Shown one piece after another: positions 23,715-31,425 of a DNA stretch of 31,425 bases; positions within the stretch are counted from its first letter, which is position 1, and every line of letters begins with the position of its first letter. A program made the position numbers and the translations under genes. The stretch is taken from positions 1-31,425 of the IMG/VR virus record IMGVR_UViG_3300049142_000070. One strand, 5' to 3'. This DNA comes from a virus. Taxonomy: Duplodnaviria; Caudoviricetes. The notes below the pieces were generated by a model that saw nothing but the letters and a program-made list of their open reading frames with translations, was not told where the DNA came from and made no database searches.

Positions 23715-24703
23715 CCGGCGACCTCCTCCACTGCCTGACACCAGGCGTCGAGTTCGGCCTTCGGGTCGAGCGCTACCGACCGCTTGAGTGCCGCCCTGCT
23801 GGCCCGCTGCCAGGCCGTCTTGGTGAGCAAGCGGCGCACTGCTGCTTCGACGGCGTCCAGGTCGCGCCGGTCGACGTACACGCCCGCCGGCCCCAGGCAT
23901 TCGGACAGGCCGGGGGTGGGGCAGGCGACGACCGGGATCCCGGAGGCCATAGCCTCCGCGGCAACACGGCCCCAGGATTCATATTCGGACAGGGCGAGCA
24001 GGATCCGGGTCCGGGCGTAGACCGCGTTCCGCATCCCCGAGCCTGGAACGTGGGGCAGCACCTCGACGTTTGGGAGACGGTGGACGATCTGGTCGCCGTA
24101 GGAGCCGCGCACGCCGAGGAACTGTATGTCCGGCATCCGTTCCGCGAGCTCCCAGAACTGCCTGCCGCCCTTGTTCTCGTTCAGGGAGATCAGCGTGACC
24201 CGGTCGCCCGGAGTCGTGCGGTAGTCCTCGGCGAATACCGGGGGCCGCACGACCATGGTCCGCTGGGGTGCGGGTGGGGCGGACTCCGTGGCGTACCACT
24301 TCTCCGCGTATACCCGCATCCATTGGCTGTTGTAGACCGCCAGATCGACGCCGGACGCCTCGTCGAACGTCTGGTCACCCGTGTTGTGGCAGATCGCGAT
24401 GGCAGGGATGCCTTTGCGAGACGCGGCGTCACGCACGTAGGGCACACCCTCCAGGTGCGACAGGAGGATGTCCGCGTTCGCGGCCAGGCCACCCGGCGTG
24501 CGTGACGCAATACCCGCCGGCCATACCTGCACCCCGGACAGCTCGTACCGGCCCCACATGGCGGAGCGGCGGGAGAGCTGGACTGACACCCGATGGCCAC
24601 GGGCCACAAGGGCCCGCAGCATCGAATGCGTCATCCACTCCGCGCCCGCGTTGTGGTCCGGCGGGTAGCCGTGCAAGCGGGCCACGACGTGCAGCTTCCT
24701 CAA
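23711..24703 (-). CDS. Glycosyltransferase (GT4, GT-B fold) within the head-tail module
   Basis: HGYPPDHNAGAEWM, VYNS.WM, NENKGG, SEYESWGRVAAEAMASGIPVVA (E-x7-E); TTGA and ATGA overlaps with the adaptor and stopper genes. Confidence 0.9.
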   Translation of the reverse strand: MRKLHVVARLHGYPPDHNAGAEWMTHSMLRALVARGHRVSVQLSRRSAMWGRYELSGVQVWPAGIASRTPGGLAANADILLSHLEGVPYVRDAASRKGIPAIAICHNTGDQTFDEASGVDLAVYNSQWMRVYAEKWYATESAPPAPQRTMVVRPPVFAEDYRTTPGDRVTLISLNENKGGRQFWELAERMPDIQFLGVRGSYGDQIVHRLPNVEVLPHVPGSGMRNAVYARTRILLALSEYESWGRVAAEAMASGIPVVACPTPGLSECLGPAGVYVDRRDLDAVEAAVRRLLTKTAWQRASRAALKRSVALDPKAELDAWCQAVEEVAG

Positions 24704-25155
24704 TGCGGTGCCCCCGGATCTCCCGGCACGCCCCACGGGATGGGCTCCGTGGTGCCTGCGCACGGCGCGTACCAGGTGTCGTCCACCATGAAGGGCCGCT
24801 GCACCTCTACGGAGACCAGGCCGGCCCGGCCGGACAGATCGCGCAGGAGATCCATCTCTGCCTGGCTGAGAGCGACGCCGGTGGGGGCGGAGGCGGGCAG
24901 CTGGTACTGGTAGCTGCCCTCCATTTCCATCCGGTAGCCCTCGGGGTTGCGGACCCGGCGCTCTGCGGCGGCAAGGGTGATCGATACCGCTATATCGGGG
25001 GCCGTGGCTGGGTCTGGCCACGGCAGCCCGTAGTGGCGTACCAGGGCGGAGGCGTCCGCCAGGGCGGTCTGCGCGATCGTCGCCTCACCGCCTACCAGTT
25101 CCCGGCCGAGCCGAGCCTCAAGGTCGGCAGTGGTAGCGAGAGGAACTGCGGCCAT
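24700..25155 (-). CDS. Head-to-tail adaptor
   Basis: LATTADLEARLGREL...LADASALVR...RRVRNPEGYRME..GSYQY. Confidence 0.85.
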   Translation of the reverse strand: MAAVPLATTADLEARLGRELVGGEATIAQTALADASALVRHYGLPWPDPATAPDIAVSITLAAAERRVRNPEGYRMEMEGSYQYQLPASAPTGVALSQAEMDLLRDLSGRAGLVSVEVQRPFMVDDTWYAPCAGTTEPIPWGVPGDPGAPH

Positions 25156-25176
25156 GACGGATCACCTCCCTTCCTG

Positions 25177-26103
25177 TCAGCTGGACGATCCGCCAGGCAT
25201 GACGAGCTTCACGGCACGCACCAGTTCCAGGCTGGGGGTGTCGCCCATCGCGGCCGTGTTGTCCTTGACGACGGCCGTTCCGACGAAGGTGTTGAGGACG
25301 GACCGGTCGCGGAGCTTCGTCGGGTCGTAGTCGCGGATCCACCGCATCGCGATCCCCGAGTCGGACATCGACTGACCGAACGAGACGCCTGCGGGGATGA
25401 CCGGGGCGCGCATCGCGAAGATGAACGCGGACCGGACAAACGCATAGGCTGTCGACGGGTCGATGGCGTTGGAGCCGATCACGTTGAACCCGGCGTAGCG
25501 GCCGATCTGTGCCTCGCGCAGCGCTCCGTCCGTGCCCGACTCGTCGACCCGCTTGAGGAGCTCCGAGTTGAGCATGGCCGCCTCGACGTCCGCGCCGACC
25601 AGCAGCACGCGTCCGTCGCGCGGGACTTCCGCCTTGTTGAGGGCGGTACGGGCAGCGACAGCCGCCTTGAACGGGTTCGCCTCGTCGATGGTGACCGTGG
25701 TCGCATAGGTCGCGCCCTCGATCGTGGTGACCAGGAGGTCCTCGACCGCGCGGGCTACCGCGTAGGTCTGCGGGGCCAGGACCTGCGTCCCGAAGTCGCG
25801 GATGTCGAGGGTCATTTCCTCGTCGGTGACGCCGACGGCCGAGTAGATGTCGTGGTTCAGCGTGACATCGATCTTTGTCTCGTCGAGTTCGTCCAGCACG
25901 ATCGAGCTGGACCGGTCGTTACGCCATCCGTACTCGCGGGCCTCCAGGCGGGACGGCACCCGGATGGAGATGGTGTCGTTCTTGGCGCCCGCGAAGTCGC
26001 TGATCGCGTCGTTCCATACGAGCTGCGGAAGGACGACCTCGCGTTGCAGCAGGCCCAGCGCGGTGGCCGCGATGACCTCCGGCTTGAGAAAGACGTTAGC
26101 CAT
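25177..26103 (-). CDS. Major capsid protein (P22-coat-like family, HK97 fold)
   Basis: MANVFLKPEVIAATALGLLQREVVLPQLV...GAKNDTISIRVP...LNKAEVPRDGR; follows the scaffold gene. Confidence 0.92.
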   Translation of the reverse strand: MANVFLKPEVIAATALGLLQREVVLPQLVWNDAISDFAGAKNDTISIRVPSRLEAREYGWRNDRSSSIVLDELDETKIDVTLNHDIYSAVGVTDEEMTLDIRDFGTQVLAPQTYAVARAVEDLLVTTIEGATYATTVTIDEANPFKAAVAARTALNKAEVPRDGRVLLVGADVEAAMLNSELLKRVDESGTDGALREAQIGRYAGFNVIGSNAIDPSTAYAFVRSAFIFAMRAPVIPAGVSFGQSMSDSGIAMRWIRDYDPTKLRDRSVLNTFVGTAVVKDNTAAMGDTPSLELVRAVKLVMPGGSSS

Positions 26104-26148
26104 GATTCAGCCCCTCCTCGGGGGTTGAGCCCCGAGTTGGGGCGGGAG

Positions 26149-26679
26149 TCAGTGGAACCGGGGGATCTGAGCCGCGAGCTTCTTGGGGTCGATCTCGACC
26201 GGCTCGTCTGTGGGGTCGAGCCCGCCGCGGCCCAGTCCGGCGGAAGTGCCGCCGAAGTGGGGAGCGAGCTTCTTGGCATGCGCCTCGATCTCCTCAGGCG
26301 TCTCGCCTTGGAGAAGATCGGTGACTTCATCCGGGAGGCCGTACTGGTGGCCGTACTTGAGGCGGGCGACCGTGCGTGCCGAGTTCGCCTCGACGAGCGC
26401 GATGGCTGCCTTAGCCTCCTGCGGGTCAACCCGGGATTCGAGCTGAGTCCTCAGTTCGGCGATCTCCGAACGGAGCTTCTTGGCCTCCTGGTTGGCTTTC
26501 CGCTTGGCCTCGCGTCCCTTCTCGGGGTCAAGCCACTCGTCGTCCGCCTCCGGGGCGGGCTCGGGTGGGTCGGCCACGGGCGGCGCAGGCGTGGGGTCGG
26601 GAGCTGCAGGTTCAGGAGCCGGTGCCGGGATATCGGGTTCAGCCGGCCCGGGTGCGGGCTCGATGGCAGGTTCGGACAT
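26149..26679 (-). CDS. Capsid scaffolding protein
   Basis: Pro/Ala-rich N-terminus, coiled coil, LQGETPEEIEAHAKKL and GGLDP motifs. Confidence 0.85.
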   Translation of the reverse strand: MSEPAIEPAPGPAEPDIPAPAPEPAAPDPTPAPPVADPPEPAPEADDEWLDPEKGREAKRKANQEAKKLRSEIAELRTQLESRVDPQEAKAAIALVEANSARTVARLKYGHQYGLPDEVTDLLQGETPEEIEAHAKKLAPHFGGTSAGLGRGGLDPTDEPVEIDPKKLAAQIPRFH

Positions 26680-26730
26680 GCGGTTGCCTCCAGGGCAGCG
26701 GACGAGGGTGCGCCTCCAGGGCGCGGGGTG

Positions 26731-27774
26731 TTACCCGACGGAGACGCCGCGGGCGTGGGCCCGCCGTCTCCGAGCTTCGATGGCCTGACGAAAGGCGGCC
26801 CGCGCCTGATCGCCAGACAGTCCTCGCGTCGACTCGTAGTAGAGCTCCCGGAATCCCTGCGATGCGGCGGGGACCCAGTCGGTACGGTCGTAGATCGGCA
26901 CCAGCGTGCAGTGACAGTTGTCGTGGAAGCGGTTCAGCCCCTGCCGGGTCTCCCACTGCGCCATGCGCTCGGGCGACCAGTCCTGCCAGCCGTCCGGTGG
27001 CGCAGCTGGTGCGGCCTTCCTTCGGGACGCCTTGCCGACGTACCGGGCCGACCAGAACGACCGGTAGACCGCTCCCCGGCTGGCAAGGAGGGCGCAGAAG
27101 TGGCACGGGTCGTCGTCGGTGACCCGGGCCCAGCCGATCACTGCCCGGTCGGCGCGCGACGTTGCGTCCTGCAGGTCCCGGCCGCCCATGAGGGCGTCAC
27201 GCTCGGCCGCGCCTGCGGCGGTGACGCCCGCGTTGCGCATCACCGCGTCGAGCTCGGCCATGAAGTCGGGATCATCCAGGCGCCCGCGGGTGGCGCCGCC
27301 GAGGTCCGCGATGCCACGCTGCGCGCGCACAGGGCCCGTGGTGATGAGAGAGACCAGCGCGCGCCGGTCCTCCGCCTCCTCGTCCGGCTGCGGCCACTGG
27401 AAGCCGGCATCCACAGTCACCCGCACCGCGTCGTCGCCATGCGCGCGCGGCTCCCGCGACGACAGGGCGAACGTGCTGCTCAGTGATCCGAGAGTCACCG
27501 TGTCACCCTCGACATGCCCGTCCGGTGAGGGAAGAGTCTCGCCCGTCCTGAAGGCCCGAAGCAGACGGATGTAGTCGGCCGTCAGCCGTCGCGAGCGCTG
27601 GCGGTAGGTGCGCTGAGCCGCCACCGAGTCGGCGAGCCAGACCGTCGCCGTGCCCTCCATATTCGTTGGCGACACCTGACGCCAGCGCTCCTGAGCCGCC
27701 GCGGCAGCCTCGGCCGCGATGCGGGCCTGAGCGATCCGGTGCTGCTCGGTGATCCGTTCGCCCGGATCAACCAT
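26731..27774 (-). CDS. MuF-like / capsid maturation-associated minor head protein
   Basis: GWARVTDDDPCHFCALLASRGAVY...FHDNCHCTLVP; lies between portal and scaffold. Confidence 0.8.
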   Translation of the reverse strand: MVDPGERITEQHRIAQARIAAEAAAAAQERWRQVSPTNMEGTATVWLADSVAAQRTYRQRSRRLTADYIRLLRAFRTGETLPSPDGHVEGDTVTLGSLSSTFALSSREPRAHGDDAVRVTVDAGFQWPQPDEEAEDRRALVSLITTGPVRAQRGIADLGGATRGRLDDPDFMAELDAVMRNAGVTAAGAAERDALMGGRDLQDATSRADRAVIGWARVTDDDPCHFCALLASRGAVYRSFWSARYVGKASRRKAAPAAPPDGWQDWSPERMAQWETRQGLNRFHDNCHCTLVPIYDRTDWVPAASQGFRELYYESTRGLSGDQARAAFRQAIEARRRRAHARGVSVG

Positions 27775-29176
27775 CGGAAGACCTCGTCGAGGGCGTTACG
27801 GCGCGCGCCAGGGATTCGGCGAGCCGTGCCGCCGAATCCTCCTCCTGAGCGAGCTCGGGCCAGTTGGCCCGGTCGGTGTCGGTGAAGCCGGGAATCCGTG
27901 CCCACAGGGCCTCGCGCGGCACGCCCAGCATCTGGCGCGCCTTGCCGAGAGCGTCGACCGTCTGAGACAGGGAGCGCGACTCTGCGTCGCGCCACACGAC
28001 CTGTGCCGACCGGTCCTCCGCGCCCACACTGTCCCCGGAGATCCCCGCGCACAGGCGCAGGACCGACTCCCACGACTCGCCGAAGCCCCTCTGGAACTCC
28101 GCGACCATGCGCATCAGCGTCGTCTCGGCCGCTGCCAGCGCCTCAGCCGAGAGATTGACCATGTCGCCCAGCAGGTAATGCGGCGGCACCTGTGAGACAA
28201 CGGCCAGATGGCGCAGCGACATGCCGATCGACTCGATGAAGCCGCCGAGCGGCGTCTCGTCCAGCGCGCCGAAGCGGGTGTCGGCATCCGGAGCCATCAC
28301 GAAGCGGGACGAGTCCGCCTGGACGGGCTTCGGGATCGGGTTCCCGTCCCCGTCCAGCACGGGCTCACCCGTCTGAGGGTCGCGCTTGAGGGGCGGCGCC
28401 ATGCCGGTGACCCAGCGCACCTTGAAGCTGCCGAAGGTCTGGGCGATCAGCAGATCGAAGACAGACTGGTTGATGCGGTCCTGGAGCGGGATCAGCGGCT
28501 CGACGATTCCCGTCGTGCGCCCCTCCAGGTCCACGTGGGCCGCGAACCGCCGCACCGGGCACACGCCCTGGCCGTGCGGCCACGCCTCGGACAGCGTCAC
28601 CTCATCCTCAGTGACCGTCGCCTTGTAGACATTCTTGTCGTCATAGAAGGCGCCGACCACCGTGCCCTTGGAGCCGGGCAGCCTCGGCACCTCCAGGCCG
28701 TACAGCGGCCACTCGTCCGACGCCGGATCGTCGTAGGCCACCCACATGCACCGCGGCGACACCGCCCGCACGACAGGCCGCTTGCGGTCCTGCCGGTCTG
28801 GGAGCGTGACGACGAAGCAGTGCCCGAACGTGATCGCCGCCCGGTACACCGCCGCCTGCCGGGCATCCAGGCTGTTCGCCTGCCAGCCCGCCCCCCACTC
28901 GGGCGCGTCCTTCGATTCGCCGGCCCGGTGATAGCCCTCCACCGCCAGCGCCTGAGCCGGAGCGGCCACGACCATCGGCAGGAAGTTACTGACGGCGCGC
29001 TGCGCGAGCAGCCTGTACTCCTTCGACGCGCTGCGCGGCGTGTACGGGCCCGCATGCCGGCCGCGCTCGTAGGCGTCGATACGGTCCAGAGTCTTCGTGC
29101 GGTCGTGCTTCAGGCCCGCGAGCGCCTTCTGGGCCCGCTCCTGAGCGCTCGTCACCGATCCCGTGGGGGTTGCCAC
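27767..29176 (-). CDS. Portal protein (SPP1 gp6-like)
   Basis: 469 aa; PLQDRINQ, VPPHYLLG..NLSAEAL, VVWRDAESRSLSQTVDALGK. Confidence 0.92.
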   Translation of the reverse strand: MATPTGSVTSAQERAQKALAGLKHDRTKTLDRIDAYERGRHAGPYTPRSASKEYRLLAQRAVSNFLPMVVAAPAQALAVEGYHRAGESKDAPEWGAGWQANSLDARQAAVYRAAITFGHCFVVTLPDRQDRKRPVVRAVSPRCMWVAYDDPASDEWPLYGLEVPRLPGSKGTVVGAFYDDKNVYKATVTEDEVTLSEAWPHGQGVCPVRRFAAHVDLEGRTTGIVEPLIPLQDRINQSVFDLLIAQTFGSFKVRWVTGMAPPLKRDPQTGEPVLDGDGNPIPKPVQADSSRFVMAPDADTRFGALDETPLGGFIESIGMSLRHLAVVSQVPPHYLLGDMVNLSAEALAAAETTLMRMVAEFQRGFGESWESVLRLCAGISGDSVGAEDRSAQVVWRDAESRSLSQTVDALGKARQMLGVPREALWARIPGFTDTDRANWPELAQEEDSAARLAESLARAVTPSTRSSDG

Positions 29177-29186
29177 ATCAGCCCCC

Positions 29187-30854
29187 TTACATGAAGTAGA
29201 CGGCGCCTGAGCGCTCCTTGATTTGCGCGCCCTTGGCGAGCACGTCGAGCCGGCACTGCCATGCCAGAACCGAGGCCACTGCGGCGTCGATCTTTCTGGG
29301 GCTGTCCGGGTGCTCTTTGCGAAGCTGGATTCCGGCGCGGGATTCCGCGCGGCGAGCGTTGAGCATGTGTCGGGTCAGCGTGGACGAACCGCAGTGCGTC
29401 ATCTCCCGGTCTGTGATCGCGTCGTGCAACGCCCGGGTCGCTCGGACGATCGCGTTCGCCCTGCCGCCCGTCATCCACCATTCGATCGGATGATTCGCCG
29501 ATGATTTCACCGCGAGGCGCAGCCCGAACTTGGCCTCCCACGTAGCGATATGCGACTCCCACTTCGCAGGGTCGGCATAGAAGCCGATCACCTTGTAGCG
29601 CTTGAACGCGGCGTCGACCTCGGCGAGAACCTCGACCACTGGCACCTGCCAGGCGTCTCCGGCCGGACCGTCCGGTTGCTCCCACACGCGGATCTCGAAG
29701 AGATGGCCGTCGGTGACCCGGCAGCCGACCAGGGCTGTCGCGTCCGTGACACCTCGGTTGCGACGGCGTGATCCGTCGAAGCCCAGAACGACCTGGTCGC
29801 CATCAGCGACGACGGTGCCAGCTGCGGTGCAGCCGGCCCACTCGGGCTGAGACAGCCAGCTGTCCGTGGCGTGGGTGACCTGATTCAGGTAGTAGCGGCG
29901 AGCGTCCTGCGGCTCAGTGTCCGGGTCCCAGTACTCCGATAGCAGGCGGCGCAGGTTCACCCAGCCGCCGTTGCGGTCCGCCGACCCGCCGTAGGCCACG
30001 GCCAGGCCGTCCAGCAGAGACTGCTCATCGGCCGGATCGGTCTCCGGTGGAGCTTCGCGATGGTCGAAGAGCAGCCCAGTGTCGAGCTTCGTCTTGCCTT
30101 CCTGCTGCTTCTTCCACGCCTCGAAGGACCGCTCGGCGACTGATCCTTCGCCTGGGATGAACGCGTTCGGCGTCTCTACCGAACAGCCGTTGACCTTGCC
30201 GAGGTTGCGACGAATGGTCGCCGCAAGCTTGCGCCCGCCATTCGACGGGGACCATGATTCGGTCTGGTCCATCGCTGAGAAGACTGGCCGGAATCCCTCG
30301 CGGGAGGTGCCGCTACTGGTGACGTACTCGATGCGTCCGCGGGGTACATTGACGAAGCCTTCCAGCGGCTCGATGGCGTAGTTCTCATACACCGAGCCAT
30401 TCCGGGCCATCTCCAGCAGCGGATCCCAGGTATTCGCCGTCTGATCCTCGGACACGGCGACAATTTGGACCTTCGCCTTAAAGCCCAGCGTGGTCCACGG
30501 TCGACCTACAGGCTCACCCTCGGCGTCCCAACCGTCTGGCACCACGTCAGCGAGCGCCTCTGCAAGGCATAGGGCCGCCACCAGGGGCGACTTGCCCCAC
30601 CCCTTTGGGCGCGAGAGCACAGCGCGACGGATCCGGCGGCCGTTGTTCAGCGCCCGCCCCCCGATCGCAGGCCCCTCGAAGCGGTGATCGACGGCGTAGA
30701 GCTGCAGGACGAACATCGCCTGCTCGTCTGTAAAGACGAGGGGTTCGCCGGCGGCGGGTCCATCCGGAACGATCAGATTGTCAGCGATCCAGCCCAGCAC
30801 CTGGTAGCCCAGAGTGGGCAGTTCACCGGGATAGGAGGGTCCCCGCCACGGCAT
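29187..30854 (-). CDS. terL: Terminase large subunit
   Basis: Walker A RPKGWGKSP, Walker B-like AMDQTE, nuclease motifs LGFDGS...DATAL and KIDAAVA. Confidence 0.93.
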   Translation of the reverse strand: MPWRGPSYPGELPTLGYQVLGWIADNLIVPDGPAAGEPLVFTDEQAMFVLQLYAVDHRFEGPAIGGRALNNGRRIRRAVLSRPKGWGKSPLVAALCLAEALADVVPDGWDAEGEPVGRPWTTLGFKAKVQIVAVSEDQTANTWDPLLEMARNGSVYENYAIEPLEGFVNVPRGRIEYVTSSGTSREGFRPVFSAMDQTESWSPSNGGRKLAATIRRNLGKVNGCSVETPNAFIPGEGSVAERSFEAWKKQQEGKTKLDTGLLFDHREAPPETDPADEQSLLDGLAVAYGGSADRNGGWVNLRRLLSEYWDPDTEPQDARRYYLNQVTHATDSWLSQPEWAGCTAAGTVVADGDQVVLGFDGSRRRNRGVTDATALVGCRVTDGHLFEIRVWEQPDGPAGDAWQVPVVEVLAEVDAAFKRYKVIGFYADPAKWESHIATWEAKFGLRLAVKSSANHPIEWWMTGGRANAIVRATRALHDAITDREMTHCGSSTLTRHMLNARRAESRAGIQLRKEHPDSPRKIDAAVASVLAWQCRLDVLAKGAQIKERSGAVYFM

Positions 30855-30857
30855 CGA

Positions 30858-31343
30858 TCATCCTCCGCCCTTTTCCCCCTCGCCTGGACGGAGGACCCGG
30901 AGCTTGGCGTACCGCTCCTTGGCGGCATCCGACCCGGAAGAACCCTTTCCGCCATCCGCCTCGTCCGCTTCCGCGAATGCCATGCGCAGTCGGGCCCGGT
31001 CCTCCATCGTGGCCCCATGCTTCGCCACGCGTAGGCGCAGCTCAGAGGCCAGGGAAAGGTCGCCGCGCCAGTAGCGGGCATGAATGAGGGCTGTATCAAG
31101 CAGGAAGTCCCAGTCCGTGCTCCCGAAGTGCTCGGCCTGAGGGCTTGCCTTCCACATCTCCCACCACTCAACCGTGCGGGCCGGCCAATGGAACTCCACC
31201 AGGTCACCGTCGACCTCGATCTCGACGGTCGGCAGGTCCGGTGCCTCGGCACGCTCGAAGCGGAGGATCGTCTGCGGCTGGGTCGCCTTGTTGCGCCGGG
31301 CCCGTTGATTCGGGTCCTTGGGTGCCGGCCCCACACCAGCCAT
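30858..31343 (-). CDS. terS: Terminase small subunit
   Basis: MAGVGPAPKDP..RARRN...TDWDFLLDTALIH...ELRLRVAKHGATMEDRARLR. Confidence 0.9.
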   Translation of the reverse strand: MAGVGPAPKDPNQRARRNKATQPQTILRFERAEAPDLPTVEIEVDGDLVEFHWPARTVEWWEMWKASPQAEHFGSTDWDFLLDTALIHARYWRGDLSLASELRLRVAKHGATMEDRARLRMAFAEADEADGGKGSSGSDAAKERYAKLRVLRPGEGEKGGG

Positions 31344-31425
31344 GATGATCACCTCCCACCTGCATGATCATGCAATGGATATGCATGAGCCAAGATCAAG
31401 ATTGGCCAGACCCGTACAGATGCCC

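Noticed and set aside
24268-27486. 1072-aa plus-strand ORF
   Set aside because: Antisense shadow of the high-GC3 head genes; no motifs, and it overlaps five well-supported minus-strand genes.

Overview
High-GC DNA from a temperate siphovirus, most likely of Streptomyces or a close actinomycete, apparently in the excised (attP) configuration because phage genes lie on both sides of the attachment site. From left to right: a minus-strand early operon (degenerate HNH-like protein, PAPS-reductase/PP-loop enzyme, small hypotheticals, Xis-like, Cro-like); a divergent cI-like repressor, small ORF and tyrosine integrase; attP carrying a replacement 3' end of a chorismate mutase gene; a 4-kb accessory region (XRE, GntR, DUF6221, solo serine resolvase with res-like site, three RecA-NDp/PafBC-type promoters, one LexA box, two candidate small RNAs); then the minus-strand late operon read backwards from lysis genes through tail and head to terminase. 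The main leads are: (1) a candidate LexA-controlled structured RNA near attP that is antisense (20/21 nt) to the leader upstream of the small ORF and integrase; (2) a PafBC-type promoter driving a stand-alone ~70-nt two-hairpin RNA; (3) a 30-bp phased element shared by attP and the cro/xis promoter; (4) a glycosyltransferase inside the head-tail module together with Ser-rich C-termini on the capsid and tail-tube proteins; (5) a frameshift at a slippery heptamer in a tail-tip gene. All family assignments come from motif recognition and synteny; no database searches were run.
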